Of a stretch of 64,000 bases of DNA, positions 1 through 12,097 are shown in pieces. The position numbers were made by a program, and so were the translations under genes. Position 1 is the stretch's first letter; each line of letters starts with the position of its first letter. The notes beneath the pieces are model-generated. The model saw nothing but the letters and a program-made list of their open reading frames with translations, had not been told where the DNA came from and searched no databases. Source of the DNA: Azolla caroliniana (Eukaryota > Plantae > Polypodiophyta); NCBI GenBank assembly GCA_043228905.1, contig JBHGNT010000006.1:14384001-14448000 (forward strand), read 5' to 3'.

Positions 1-2
1 CA

Positions 3-383
3 CTAGGCGGCGGCCTTACCCCCGAGTTCTCGGCCGACATATGCAATCTTCGTACTATCTGGCGTGGGATAGAGCTCAAAATGAGACACCCATCGTCCAA
101 ACCATGTGCAGATTGCTTCTTCGGTTCTTTCCTTTTTGTTTCCCGTAAATGGCTTAACGACAAATGATGGTTCACCTTGTCTCTCATCAGGTCTATTAGT
201 CTCACGTTGTAGACTAATGACACGTGCCTCAAGAGCACTCTGAGATTGCCGAAGTTCGGTAATCTGTTGAGCGGTGAAACTAAGGTATTGGGTTATTTGT
301 GCCAAATACATCTCAGTGGACATTTGTCCAGGAGGATTCCCTTGAGTTCCAGCAGATGACATCGGGTCGTTAATTTGAGCCAT
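3..383 (-). CDS. gag: Gag N-terminal part of gypsy O
   Basis: EPSFVVKPFTGNKKERTEEAICTWFGRWVSHFEL aligns with EPSLVVTPFKGDKKERTEEAISTWLGRWESHFEL of P, whose gag is followed by a gypsy RT. Confidence 0.8.
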   Translation of the reverse strand: MAQINDPMSSAGTQGNPPGQMSTEMYLAQITQYLSFTAQQITELRQSQSALEARVISLQRETNRPDERQGEPSFVVKPFTGNKKERTEEAICTWFGRWVSHFELYPTPDSTKIAYVGRELGGKAAA

Positions 384-1560
384 TAAAGATTATTTCTGGA
401 AAAGAAATAGGATAAGGTCAGAGAGATAGTCATAACATCATGTCGTGATGTAAACATATCATGGGCAAACATTAATCGATATCATGATCTCACGTCAATA
501 CCCCTCTAAACGTATGAGATGAGGTTCAAGATCAGGTTAATATGGTAACAGAAAGGTGTTTTAAAAACCATGGGGGTGACAATTTAATGTCTTTCTCATA
601 TCTCTATATTGATTTTTTCATGGCGGCTCCCCAAGGCTCAACCATGTATGTTCGCGTCATGAGTAGTTTATACACGGAAAAAATGTTAACAATAAACTAT
701 GTTTCTTTGCCCACATATGTGGTTTTGGCTCTTTACATCCTATTACGAGGACCCCGAGGTGCACTTAGACCTTAAGTCTAAACATGTGTTATAGTCATAT
801 GTATCAAGGATATTGTATGGTCTTGGTCATATTTGAACTTGAGACCTCAAGAACAAATACATTAAACACTTGAGCCAACCAAGTAAGTTGCTCTTCTCGA
901 ATGCTTAATGTTTGATGCGTATAAGAGATATGTGAGGCATTTGATCATATATGTTTTGTTTAAAAGAACATATATTTCAAGGGTCCTTATTTCGCCCTCA
1001 TTTACCAAAACTATGTTGGTACGTTACCTAACCTCAAGTCTCGTAATTACGATGGCATACGCCAAAGTGCAACCTAATGGTCAAGCCAAATGAGCCCTCG
1101 TTTCGTAGTAGGCCCACGTGGCCCATCACATGGTCACGTCATTACGAATGTCTCTCGTAAGAACGAGCTCATGGTGGCATCGTATCCATGTAACGAGGGT
1201 GGGATGTTGGATACGTGTGTCATTGGAGCGACCTCACTTGAAGTGGGTCAAGCCCTACGTACTCAACATCATTATGGCTATAGGCGTTTCTTTACGTAAC
1301 GAAATCGAGGTCATCAACGGGGTTGTCAACAATAAAAAATTGTTGAAAAAGGGATGGTGACAACGCCATTCTCACAAAAATGTGAGGACGGCCACCAACA
1401 TCCTTTTCCCGACAAGGACAACTTTCGATATAATCACGTAATAACAAATATACACATGTTTACTTATCACATATATACGATCAAATACGTATATACGTGA
1501 CCACATATGCCTATATTAAACATATCGTTATATTAAATAGCCACAAATGGTATGATCAAG

Positions 1561-1825
1561 ATACGTAATCGAGGTATATACCTCTACGCACACGAAACAT
1601 CCACAAATAAGAGATCATCGTAATACGCAATTGAGGTATTGACCTCTTACGCATACGAGACCAAACGCATATCCTTTACAACAAATCAAGGTATTAAACT
1701 CATACGCAAACGTAACATATGTTCGTGAACGTAATACGTAATTGAGGTATTAACCTCGTACGCATACGACACTCATCACATATTATTTATATGTCAAACG
1801 AGGTATTGACCTCGTGCACATATGT
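1561..1825 (-). repeat. Five ~35-bp palindromic repeats (core GAGGT-N4-ACCTC) with unique 20-28-bp spacers
   Basis: Cores at 1571, 1633, 1688 (degenerate), 1744 and 1800; period 55-62 bp. Confidence 0.85.
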
Positions 1826-2057
1826 AAACGTTTTAGATAATCAATTAAAGACCATTACAACATCATTGACTTAATGAAAAAAAATGACATATAAACTAAA
1901 CACATGATTAGATGGGAGAAGAGAGAATAGAAAAAAAAATTACGGAAAGAGTTACCGAAGTTCTTTGTTGATCGTTGTCTAGATCAAGGCCGACTGCACA
2001 TCGATCGATCACCATCAATCAAAAGACAAAAGACAAACAAAGAAACATTAGTACATA

Positions 2058-2069
2058 GCTCTGAAATCA
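2058..2069 (-). promoter_or_regulatory. Degenerate PBS (tRNA-iMet) of O
   Basis: TGATTTCAGAGC versus consensus TGGTATCAGAGC; same position as TGGTATTAGAGC in P. Confidence 0.65.
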
Positions 2070-2071
2070 AA

Positions 2072-2526
2072 TATTAGAGATCTAGGTACTAAAGTAAGCT
2101 TAAGATAAGGATAAACTAATGATAGGTAGAAAGGAGAAAGAGAAAGAAGGGTGCCGATCCACCCGACCACCCCCGAGCGAAGGGATCGAGACGGACTTGA
2201 GCCTCGATCGGCGTCCCATACCACCATCATGGCGTCGAGTCGTACCTGGTGTTGGCGCGCTCGCTACAAGAGTTGACCCACCACAAGAGCAGAGTCTCGA
2301 TGTAGTCAAAAGATGATCCAATGAGGGTAGCTAGGCCTCTTATTTATAGTGATACCCAAGGCCCCCAGGCAAGTTCACACTTGACCTAATGGGTTGTCTC
2401 AATCCCGAGGATTAAAAGTAATCCTCCCCTTCTTTACACTCTCGTTTAACCCTCACACTTATCCACGTGTATAGAATACTACGGTAAATTCTCACCACGG
2501 GATATTAAATGGTCATGCCCATAACA
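2072..2526 (-). repeat. 5' LTR of gypsy O
   Basis: TG start, TATA at 2341-2349, PBS immediately downstream. Confidence 0.7.
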
Positions 2527-5500
2527 AAGACCACCAAGAAGAAGAGAAGTGCCATTGTAACTAGTACACACAGATGTGTGTTATGTGGATGCTCTATCGC
2601 ATCGAGGCGAACAATACTTTGTGACTTTCATCAATGACTACAGTCGGAAGTTGTGGGCTTTCGTACTAAAGTCTAAAGATCAAGTATTGTCGTTTTTCAA
2701 GAGTTTCAGGCAAGAGCCGAATGGGAGTCGGGTCGAAAGGTGAGGGCTATCCGAGCTGACAATGGTGGCAAATATAAAGGGAAATTTGAGGAATACTGCG
2801 AGGCCCAGGGTATTCAAATTGAATACATTGTACCAAAGACCCCTGAGTTGAATGGGCTTGTAGATAGGATGAATCAAACAATCATGGAGAGAGTAAGGAG
2901 CATTCTCTCTCATGCTAAACTACCAAAATCGTATTGGGCTGAGGCGATGTACACAATGGTTTACCTTATCAACAGGTCCCCCTCAGTACCATTGAAAGGT
3001 GATGTCCCACAAAGGGTGTGGACAAGAAAGGATGTCTCCTACCGACACCTGAGGGTGTTTGGATGCTTAGTGTATATGCATGTTGCAAGGATAAGAGGTC
3101 GAAGCTTGATAGTAAGTCAAAACCATGCATATTTATGGGATACTTGGAGGACGAGTTCGGCTACAGGCTATGGGACTTAGCCAATAAGAAGGTGGTGAGG
3201 AGTCGGGATGTAGCTTTTTTGGAAGACAAAACAATTGAGGACTGGAAGCAACAAAAGTCAGAATCGACTCCCAGTCGTCCTCGACTACCACCTTAAGACT
3301 AGCTGAACAGACACAAACGCTAATCGAAGATAGCTAGATGGAAGAGTTGAATCAGAGTCTGTCGACTCAGAGCAACCAACCTATCAGTCGGAGTCAACGG
3401 ACCTATTGAAGTAGATCGAAGAATACGAATCAGAATCAGTGGGCATCTGACAACCGATCAACATGAATGAACCTAAGCCGAGAGAAGACTTGGCAGACAC
3501 ATCCAAGCTAGAGCCAACGATGAATGGAAGGAGATATCCTCTCAGAGAGAGAAGAGCACTGACAACATATGCCACTCAATACATCCTCTTGATTGATGAA
3601 GGTGAACTAGAGTGCTATGACAAAGCCATTACCGACAAGCACAGAGAAAGATGGTTGAGTGCAATGCAAGACGAGATGAGATGGACTCCTTGCATGAAAA
3701 CTACACCTACGACCTGGTAGAATTACTGAAAGGTAAGAGAGCACTCATGAACAAATGGGTCTATAAGGTGAAGACTGAAGAAGTTGACAACGCGCCTAGG
3801 TATAAAGCCCGCATAGTAATGAAGGGGTTCCAACAGAAAATGGGTGTCAACTTTGACGAGATATTCACACCAGTCGTGAAGATGGCATCCATCCAAACTA
3901 TTCCAAGCGTAGCTGCTAGCATGGACCTACAAATCGAACAGTTGCATGTCAAGACAACATTCTTGCACGGGGAGCTAGATGAAGAGATCTACATGCAGTA
4001 GCGCAAAGGCTTTGCGGAGAAAGGGAAAGAGAACCCGGTGTGTAGACTGAAGAAAAACTTGTATGGTCTGAAGCAAGCTCCACATCAATGGTACAAGAAG
4101 TTTGAATCCTTCATGACGGAACATCGGTTCCAAAAAATACAGGTTGATCATTGTGTGTTCGTCAAAAGGTACAAAGAAGGGGACTTCTTGATTCTCTTAT
4201 TATATGTAGATGACATGTTGATAGTCGGTCAAGACACAAGGAAGATCGGGAGCTTGAAGAAAGCCCCAGGCAAATCGTTTGCCATGAAACATCTTGGACC
4301 GACTAAACAGATCTTGGGGATGCACATAGTTCGAGATAGAACTAAGAAAGTGATGTGGTTTTCACAACAGAAGTATGTGACAAAGATCCTAGAGAGGTTG
4401 AACATGTCGGAAGCAAAGCCGGTCGACTCTATGTTGCCGACCAACTGCAAGTTAAATGCTAAGCAATGCCCGAGAGGGGAGAAAGAAAAGGCTAAGATGA
4501 AGAAAGTACCATACGCCTCAACCATCAACACTTTAATGTACGCTATGGTCTACACGAGACCAGACATAGCATTTGTTGTGGGAACAGTAAGCCGATATAT
4601 GAGTAATCCAGGACAAGAACATTGGGCAGTAGTGCAGTGGTTACTCAGGTACTTAAAAGGCACCTCGGGGGTATGCCTAAGGTATGGTGTCGGAAAACTC
4701 ATGCTCGAAGGGTTTACTGATTCAGACATGTTAGGGGATGCAGACTTGAGCCAATCCACTTCAGGGTACGTGATGACCTATCCAGGGGGAGCAGTGTTGT
4801 GGCAGTCACGACTGTAGAAGTCTGTGGCCTTGTCGACCACAGAACCCGAGTATATGGCAGCGGTAGAGGCCGGCAAGGTGTTGATTTGGATGAAGAGTTT
4901 CCTCAGTGAACTCGGGATGAAGCAAGAAGAATTCTTGCTCCACTGTGATGATCAGAGTGCCATACATCTTGCAAAGAACGTTGCATACCACTCTCGGACC
5001 AAGCATATACAAAGGAGGTATCACTGATTGCGAAACAAAGTAAATGAAGGAGAGTTTTCCCTCGTGAAGATCCATACCGATGACAATGGATCCGACATGC
5101 TCACGAAGAACCTACCAATGGACAAAGTCAGAGTCTGTCGACAGAAGACAGGACTGATCAACTCCCACTCACTGGAGTGAAGGGGGAGTTTGTTGGGAAT
5201 ATGTCTCTCCAGTGGGAGGAGCCGATTGTTTGGGCCAAGAAGTGCCGACAGTTGAAGACAAGGAGGATCCAACTGTTCAGACTGACTGTCGATGGTTGAA
5301 GAGTCAACTGTGAGAGACTGTGAGAGTCAACAGGAAGGAGATCCAGGTCGAAGACACGACCGACTAGTCGGGCCAACCGGATGGTCAATGACTAGGCCGA
5401 CTAGTCGGACCGACTAGACAATCGACACTAGAGTTGGTTGATGGCTACTTACTATTATAGATAATAATAGTAGTGATGTGTAGTAGGGGCTACACTTGTA

Positions 5501-5904
5501 AATAGCCCATATGATGTATGATTATAAATACATCTAGGGAAAACCTAGAGTGTAAGAAGAAGAAGAACAATGTGATGTGTATAGTGTAGAGTAGTGAAGC
5601 ACATGCAAGAGAGACGAAGAAGAACGAGAGAGCGGCGCCATAACAATGTGTGTAACAACATGCACCAAGAGCCCTGTGAGGCTCATACACTCCATAGAGA
5701 GTGTTGTAATCTTATCCATTTGTATATCCACCGTATAGTGAAGCTTTTGTTCTTGTGGTTTTTCCCTTGTTCAAGGTTTCCACGTAAAATCTTTGTGCAT
5801 TGTTTTGGTGTGTGTTTCGAGTTGTGTATGCTCAGCATATTCTTCTTGTGGGTTAACGATTCATTTCTCCACATAGCTATGGTTTTTAAACACCATCTTA
5901 CACA
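2527..5904 (+). mobile_element. Decayed Ty1/copia A (Tnt1/Tork-like): integrase, RT, RNase H, PPT, 3' LTR
   Basis: LVHTDVC, IRADNGG, TPELNG; RT LLLYVDDML; RNase H FTDSDM...HSRTKHI; many stops and frameshifts. PPT AGGGGGAG at 5181-5188; LTR 5191 to ~5904. Confidence 0.92.
5191..5904 (+). repeat. 3' LTR of copia A
   Basis: TGTTGGGA directly after the PPT; the 3' end (approximate) resembles the end of the F LTR; CCGACTAGTCGG palindromes at ~5360-5420. Confidence 0.75.
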
Positions 5905-8900
5905 ATGCGGGGTGTCAATTTATAGACTCCTCGTCCCGAAGCCAATTTAGAGTTAAACAAGATCTCTAGTTTGGCAATGGGTATACTAAAATCTCTACAA
6001 AACAACCTTGCATAATGTTGAATCAAGAGCCACCAAATATGTTAGCAACACCCACCATGCAAAAAGGATGCACACATATTGTTGTGCTTACCCTAGAAAA
6101 CAATCATGAAAGAAAGTATGAGAGAAATGCCTAGAGGCATACTGTCAATGATACTTCCTTGATTGATTGCATATATCAAGAAAACAATGGTAACTACTGC
6201 AATTAGAGCTAATAGGGATCATAATATCCCAAATAACAATGCCCAAATGATCACAACATCTTCCTTGAGTATTGTACATAAGACTCATGCCCATGTGAAC
6301 TCTTGTATTCAATGAAAATTTGCATCTTTGCTTTTAACAAATTGGTCTCCAATTTCTTTAACTCTCTTCGTGCCATGTTTTGAATCTCAATTTTGATATG
6401 TGCATTGCATTCTCAAATCTTCTTTATCGGTGTGATCTCTCTTTTGCTTGAGCATGGTTCAACACTACATTCCCCATCCACATATATTTCCATTTTTACT
6501 TTACAAAATTGCTCGTTCTTTTGAAACTCGCCAATTTCATTAGATGAACTTTAGCTAAGTACATAGGGGTCGAACCCCTGATTTTCTTCTATACACGAAC
6601 AATTTTTACCATCCACAAACTCAATCTTTATCTTTTACATTAATCAAAACTAGGAACATCACAAAAGTGTCAAATGTGAACCCATTCTCTATAAGTGTGT
6701 ATGTGTATTCTCTCTTATGTAATAGGAACGAACACTTTGACATGTGACTCCTAACAATGTTGAGAATTTATACTTTAAAATTTTATCATTGTCAATATTT
6801 GTACATGCATGTGTGTTCTTTCTTGGAATATGCAAGCAACCACTTTGAACATGCACATTTTTCTCAATGAGGTAATAACGTTTGTTTGAATTAGATCAAC
6901 ATGTGTGCGTCAATTTGTGTAATCCATCAATTGGTTCTGGATCTTAGGGATTTTTGAAAGATATGCTGAGAATATTATTTCTCACTCCTTAAGCATTGGT
7001 CACAATCCACATCCTTCATATTTTGAGTCAACCCTATCCCTAAATAGGCATAGTTGTAAATTTGTTTAATGCAAGAAAACAATATTGAAAATGATAGCAT
7101 CTTAAGAGTTATGTGCACATCCATACTCTTGATTAGAGGTTAATACTAAGGCTAAAGCTAGGTTTATTACCATGTGGATGGCGGTATCTATGAAGAGTCT
7201 AGATGGTTGATGTTGTGACAACGATGGAGCTAGGATTCGAGAACATATTACTATTTGGTAGCCTCTTGTATAGTAAAAACTTTTGTTGATTGTGTTCATT
7301 TTTTGTCCATTCATGATTTTGGTAATGATGGTTTGATTTAGCTATACTACAAACTATGTACACATCCTTGATTAAGATAGATAATAAATGTAGGTGTCAT
7401 ATGGCAGAAATCGCACATACTACCAATCCATGGGCACAAACACATATAGATAGGATTATGTTCACTTATATTATTTAAATACATTTCTTCATTTCATTAT
7501 GATCCTACCATTGATGTACAAACTATCAAACCTCTTTACCTTGATCATATTGTACGACAATCAAAGTTAACTATAATTTGCACTAACATATCAAATTCTC
7601 ACATTATGTTTCTTGTCTCCTACAAGTGACCATTGTTTGAATGCCAACCTAAAGTTTATTTTTGCATCAAAAAGTTCTATGAAACTATTGTATTTATGCG
7701 TGAAAGACAAACAATCGTGCATGATTGATCACCATACGTAGGATTGACACACTTTAAAGATTTTCAACTCCATTCATCAATATCCATGTTGAAAGGCCTA
7801 GAGAATCACACACTTATTGAATTTTATGTCCAATAAATTTTTTATGCCGAAAGGTTATTACTCAACTTCAATATAGAAATCAAAGTAAAGTATCTATGAC
7901 GGGAATTTATTTCGGTGGATAGCACATTTTTTGCTAGAAAGTGTACTTACAACATGAGAAAAAGCTCATGAATTGAAGGACATAAACTCGGGAAGATGGT
8001 GAGCACTACATAAAATGAAGAAAGAATCTGAAAATGATGTGCGGCTATTGAGTGCATACAAAATGGAGATCAAATAGTCTTTAGATTATCAACATTTCCT
8101 TTTTTAAGTGATCTAACGTAAGTGGAGTATCAATATTGATGAAAAGGCACTCACAAAATACAAAGAACACAAAGGTTCACTTGATTAGATGTAGGGAATC
8201 AATGAAGGAAAAGGAAAAAGGTTACTTTCAACTTGAAAAGCACATGTGTTCTCTAACCACTTCACTTGCTTCAATGATATATGCACTCTTTAATAAGTAT
8301 TTTTATAGCATCTTAGCTCAATGCATCTTTAAAGTGTGTAAATATGATCTAATAATTAATTATTACAAATTTGCTCAAAGCTAATGACGAAAGGCACTTA
8401 CTTGCATGTATAGAGTTGTCTCTCTAAGTGGAAATTTGTTTCAAGCCTACCTAAACTACCTACTTTTGAATATACTACACCACTTTATTAGTGTTTTAGC
8501 ATATAACACGACATGAGAGTGTGTCTACTCATGTACAATAGGTTGACTAGAAAGTATATCCCATATTGTTTTGGATATTATTAACAATTAAGAGCCTCAA
8601 TCTACTTTGGTCCATCTGTTTGCATACTATCCTATGTTAAATTATTGTTGAGTGGTTTTATTTTAAGTCAAGATAATATACTTGAATTAAACTAGTCAAA
8701 GCTTTTGAGCCTAAATGATATCCTCATGTTAGTTTTATCTAAAAGTGTTGGAGGAAATGCCATGTCACGCCAAATGGAAAAGAAATTTGATTGACTTAGG
8801 TTTGGCATTCATGTGTGGTGATGAGGGGATTGGAAAAGCAATGCCATGTACTGGCTAAAAAAAACATGTGCTTCTTAACATCACTACATAAAATGACATG

Positions 8901-8975
8901 TCTTGTGGGTGGAAATGTGAGTAGTGTGAGCATGTTACAATGAAACCAACATTACTACTATCAAATATGGCACTA

Positions 8976-9013
8976 ACTACACTTGATCTTAGCCAAAAGG
9001 CTGAGAAAGGTAT
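8976..9013 (-). pseudogene. U2: U2 snRNA 5' fragment (nt 1-38)
   Basis: Minus strand ATACCTTTCTCAGCCTTTTGGCTAAGATCAAGTGTAGT matches the recalled plant U2 5' end at 37/38 and includes the GUAGU branch-site recognition region; the rest of U2 is absent. Confidence 0.9.
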
Positions 9014-10584
9014 AAGAATGCATGTGGGGAGTGACCAATACTCGAATAGAAGGAACCGGTTATTGTGAATTGCATTTCGAAAGTGTTTTTTTGAAATAAT
9101 TATTCTTAGAGACCATGGGCAAGTATGGTTTGGGAGCTTTGCAATCCAATCACTTGTTTTTTGTTAAAGAAGCACAAGAATAATAAAATTACAATCAAAT
9201 ATTTGATGTTGCTAGAATCACTATAAATATCATGATGTAAGTTGGATAGTGAGATACTCTTGACTCTTGAGCATCAAAGTTTTTACTTCATAAGCTATAT
9301 GTGTATAGTTTAATAAGATAAGGTGTGCATGTGGAGGATTTAAAGTTTTAATAATGATAGAAAACCTAAGTCAATAACAAAAACATCATGATTAAAAGTC
9401 TCAATCATTAAAGAATATTTGACAATCTTAATGTCCCTAACTACCCTATTGTGGATGTTTGAAAATCCAGCAAAATATTAGTGTACAGTAAAATCAATGA
9501 AAAATCTAATTGAATTAGGATTTCCACATAGATATTGGAAGTGATATTGTGGATACAAATGCTACATACATAGTGGGAAATCATTGGTGCTGGGGGTATG
9601 AGACTTCTTATGACTAAAAATAAAAAACATAAAGTAGTTCTAGGCGTCAGGTCATTCAAACGAAGAAACATTGGATTGGCGCATTTCCCTTTTTTGCTTT
9701 ACTAAGAATGAGAAGCTTTTACTCTTCCATGATAATGTCCACGTAACTCCAAATTGTATATTTCAATGTTCTTTATAACACCATACTTTTGTATCAATTT
9801 GTTAATGTATTGACACACCATACAAGTTTCTAGTGTGCTTTTTATCCTACTTCCGTAGTTTGACGTGATTAAAAATTCGGCTCATATTTACAACCTATAA
9901 AAATTGGCAAGTAATAACTTAGGTTGCAAAAACAATTACTCAGCTAATAGCATTAAAGATTTACAAATTCAGTCTCATGAAAAGGTCATCATGGCAATAA
10001 AGAATAGAACATTCAAAATAATTATAGTATCCCTAGGAAAATGAAGTGTAAGTCACTACTGGAGCATGTGTGTATGTCTTGTTGATGAATCATAACTTAC
10101 GAAAAGAACTAACTTGGTAGAGTCAAACTTACAAAATAAAAGCCTTCACAAAATTTGTGGGAGAAATATATTACACCAAAGTTTGTAGTTCGAATATAAC
10201 TTGGTCTTAACTCAATTCTTCATTGAATGAAGCATTCTTCAATTCACGAGGTAGATCTAACTTGTAAATCCAATCTTCTCGAAATTTGCAAACGTTTATT
10301 TAGTAAAGTTATATCTTTATATGAGAAAGATTTTACTAGAGAAATGCAAAACAATTTAAGCTTTGGGGCTCCAAGAGTAAGACATCTAATCTATACTTCT
10401 AATTATGAAAATAGAGAAACGGCATTGAGCGTAATTCTTTATAAGCTGGTCGATGAAAAGTTAGAATGGGATCTTGGTGTGGTTTGAGGACATTCTAATA
10501 AATTCTTTACAATATGACCAATACACTTTCTCATTTCTTACAATGTTAGGAATGCATAAAGAGTGTTGACATTAGTTTTGTAAG

Positions 10585-11050
10585 TATTTCAAAGTGGAAT
10601 TTGTGTTTCCTTTTTTCTTTTGGCATGGATATCCATCCAATGCTTTGTATCTTTCTCTCACATCCTCTACCATGTAATAATTTTGTCAATTATTAGTTTT
10701 TTTAATTTTTTCTCGTTCTTCATTAATTTCTTCTTCTTTCTCTTCATACTTTGTCCTTAGCGCAGATCGTGGATGGGGCATTCTCATCCTTCATTAATCA
10801 AATTATGTTATGGTAGTTATTTCAAAATGGAATTTGTGTTTCCTTTTTTCTTTTGGTATGAATTTCCATTCAATGCTTTGTATCTTTCTCTTACATCCTC
10901 CACCATGTAACAAATTTGTCAATTATTAGTTTTTTAAATTTTTTCTCGTTCTTCATTAATTTCTTCTTCTTTCTCTTCATACCTTATCCTTAACGCAAAT
11001 CATGGATCGGGTATTCTCATCCTTCATTAATCAATTTATGTTATGGTAGT
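10585..11050. repeat. Tandem duplication, 2 x ~233 bp
   Basis: TATTTCAAA(G/A)TGGAATTTGTGTTTCC...TATGTTATGGTAGT repeated at ~10585 and ~10818. Confidence 0.9.
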
Positions 11051-11347
11051 TAGTAATACATATAAACTTGTTTTGCATGTGTATAGTTCTTGTTTTGGTA
11101 TGCATCTTTTGCTTACAAGAAACTACATAATCTTCCTGGTCATTTCCACACACTTCCCTCTATTGTCCAATTTACTCTCAAATTCAATATTTTTATGTAA
11201 CCAATCTCTTATGTCTACATAACTTCTCAAATACATTATACTCTTACTTCACTTATGATTGTGGATATTAATAGAGATTTTAAGCATGAATGAATTAATA
11301 GAGATATTAATACAAGAGCTCATAGTATACTGCATGTAAGGGGGAGT

Positions 11348-12068
11348 TGAATGGAACCCAAGATCATGTTATTTTCCTACTCTCTAACATTCGTTAATTC
11401 AATTAGTAATCGTCAAATTGTCTAGATAAAATATCCTTGAATGAATATTGACACTCTCTTAAGTTCTTTGAGGTTTTAGAAGACGTTAATATATATTTCT
11501 TTCTTTCTTTGAGGTGACTAACATGGAAAACAATATGAACATCGACACTATCAAGAAGATTAAAACGTTGCCTCCTCGTTGCCTCCACTTGAGCGTCAAA
11601 AACCTAGACAAAGAAGAGTTGAAGAAGAAAAGAAAATCGAAGAGGCCCCCACACAAACATGAAGAAGACTTTATGCAAACTCAAAGAAAACTTCATGCAA
11701 ATTGGAAGATGACTTCACGCAAAATTGAAGAAGACCCCACGTGAACTTGAAGAAGACTCCATGACAATTCGAAGAAGATCCCATGCGAACTTGAAGAAGA
11801 CTCCATGAAACTTGAAGAAGACAAAGGTGAACGCTCCCAAGCTTCCAAAAACACCAAAGAAAACCACCAAAAACAAAGAATGAAAAACCTTGGAGGAAGC
11901 TCCAAATCAGCTCCTGTCCCTTCTTGCACCTCATTTACATTCAGTACAAATGCCGCGTTACTTGTATAAGAGTAAAAAAGCAATATATTTTAATACAACC
12001 ACTCTAACAAAGAGTTGACCTCTACACCGCCTACACACATTGAATGGCCCTAACCACTAAGTCATTCA
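11348..12068 (+). repeat. Probable 3' LTR of an old unclassified LTR element
   Basis: PPT-like AAGGGGGAG at 11338-11346 followed by TGAATG...CATTCA inverted ends; internal ~21-bp tandem array. Confidence 0.65.
11660..11822 (+). repeat. ~21-22-bp tandem repeat (TTGAAGAAGACTCCATGCGAAC-like), ~8 copies
   Basis: Direct reading of recurring TGAAGAAGAC units. Confidence 0.8.
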
Positions 12069-12097
12069 ATTTTATTAATCTCTTAATAATTTAATGT

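Larger units (their letters stand above)
1..2526 (-). mobile_element. Ty3/gypsy element O, 5' part (LTR, PBS, 1.7-kb leader, gag start); continues past the window start; inserted in copia A
   Basis: The minus strand starts TGTTATGGG at 2526. TATA context TATAAATAAGAGGCCTAGCTACCCTC matches element P (54402). Degenerate iMet PBS at 2058-2069. The gag ORF is homologous to 56175-56630. Confidence 0.85.

Noticed and set aside
487-648. Hammerhead ribozyme or C/D snoRNA
   Set aside because: I could not find a CTGATGA/GAAA core or paired C/D boxes conserved in both O and P.
1561-1825. True CRISPR array
   Set aside because: The repeats are degenerate, no cas genes are present, and the array lies inside a eukaryotic retrotransposon leader; kept as a repeat finding instead.
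5874-5896. ATGGTTTTTAAACACC resembling the O/P leader motif
   Set aside because: It lies at the end of the copia A LTR and none of the other conserved blocks flank it; probably chance.
8976-9030. Functional U2 gene with a USE-like CCCCACATG
   Set aside because: Only 38 nt of U2 are present, there is no Sm site, and the motif is at about -8 to -17 rather than about -70.
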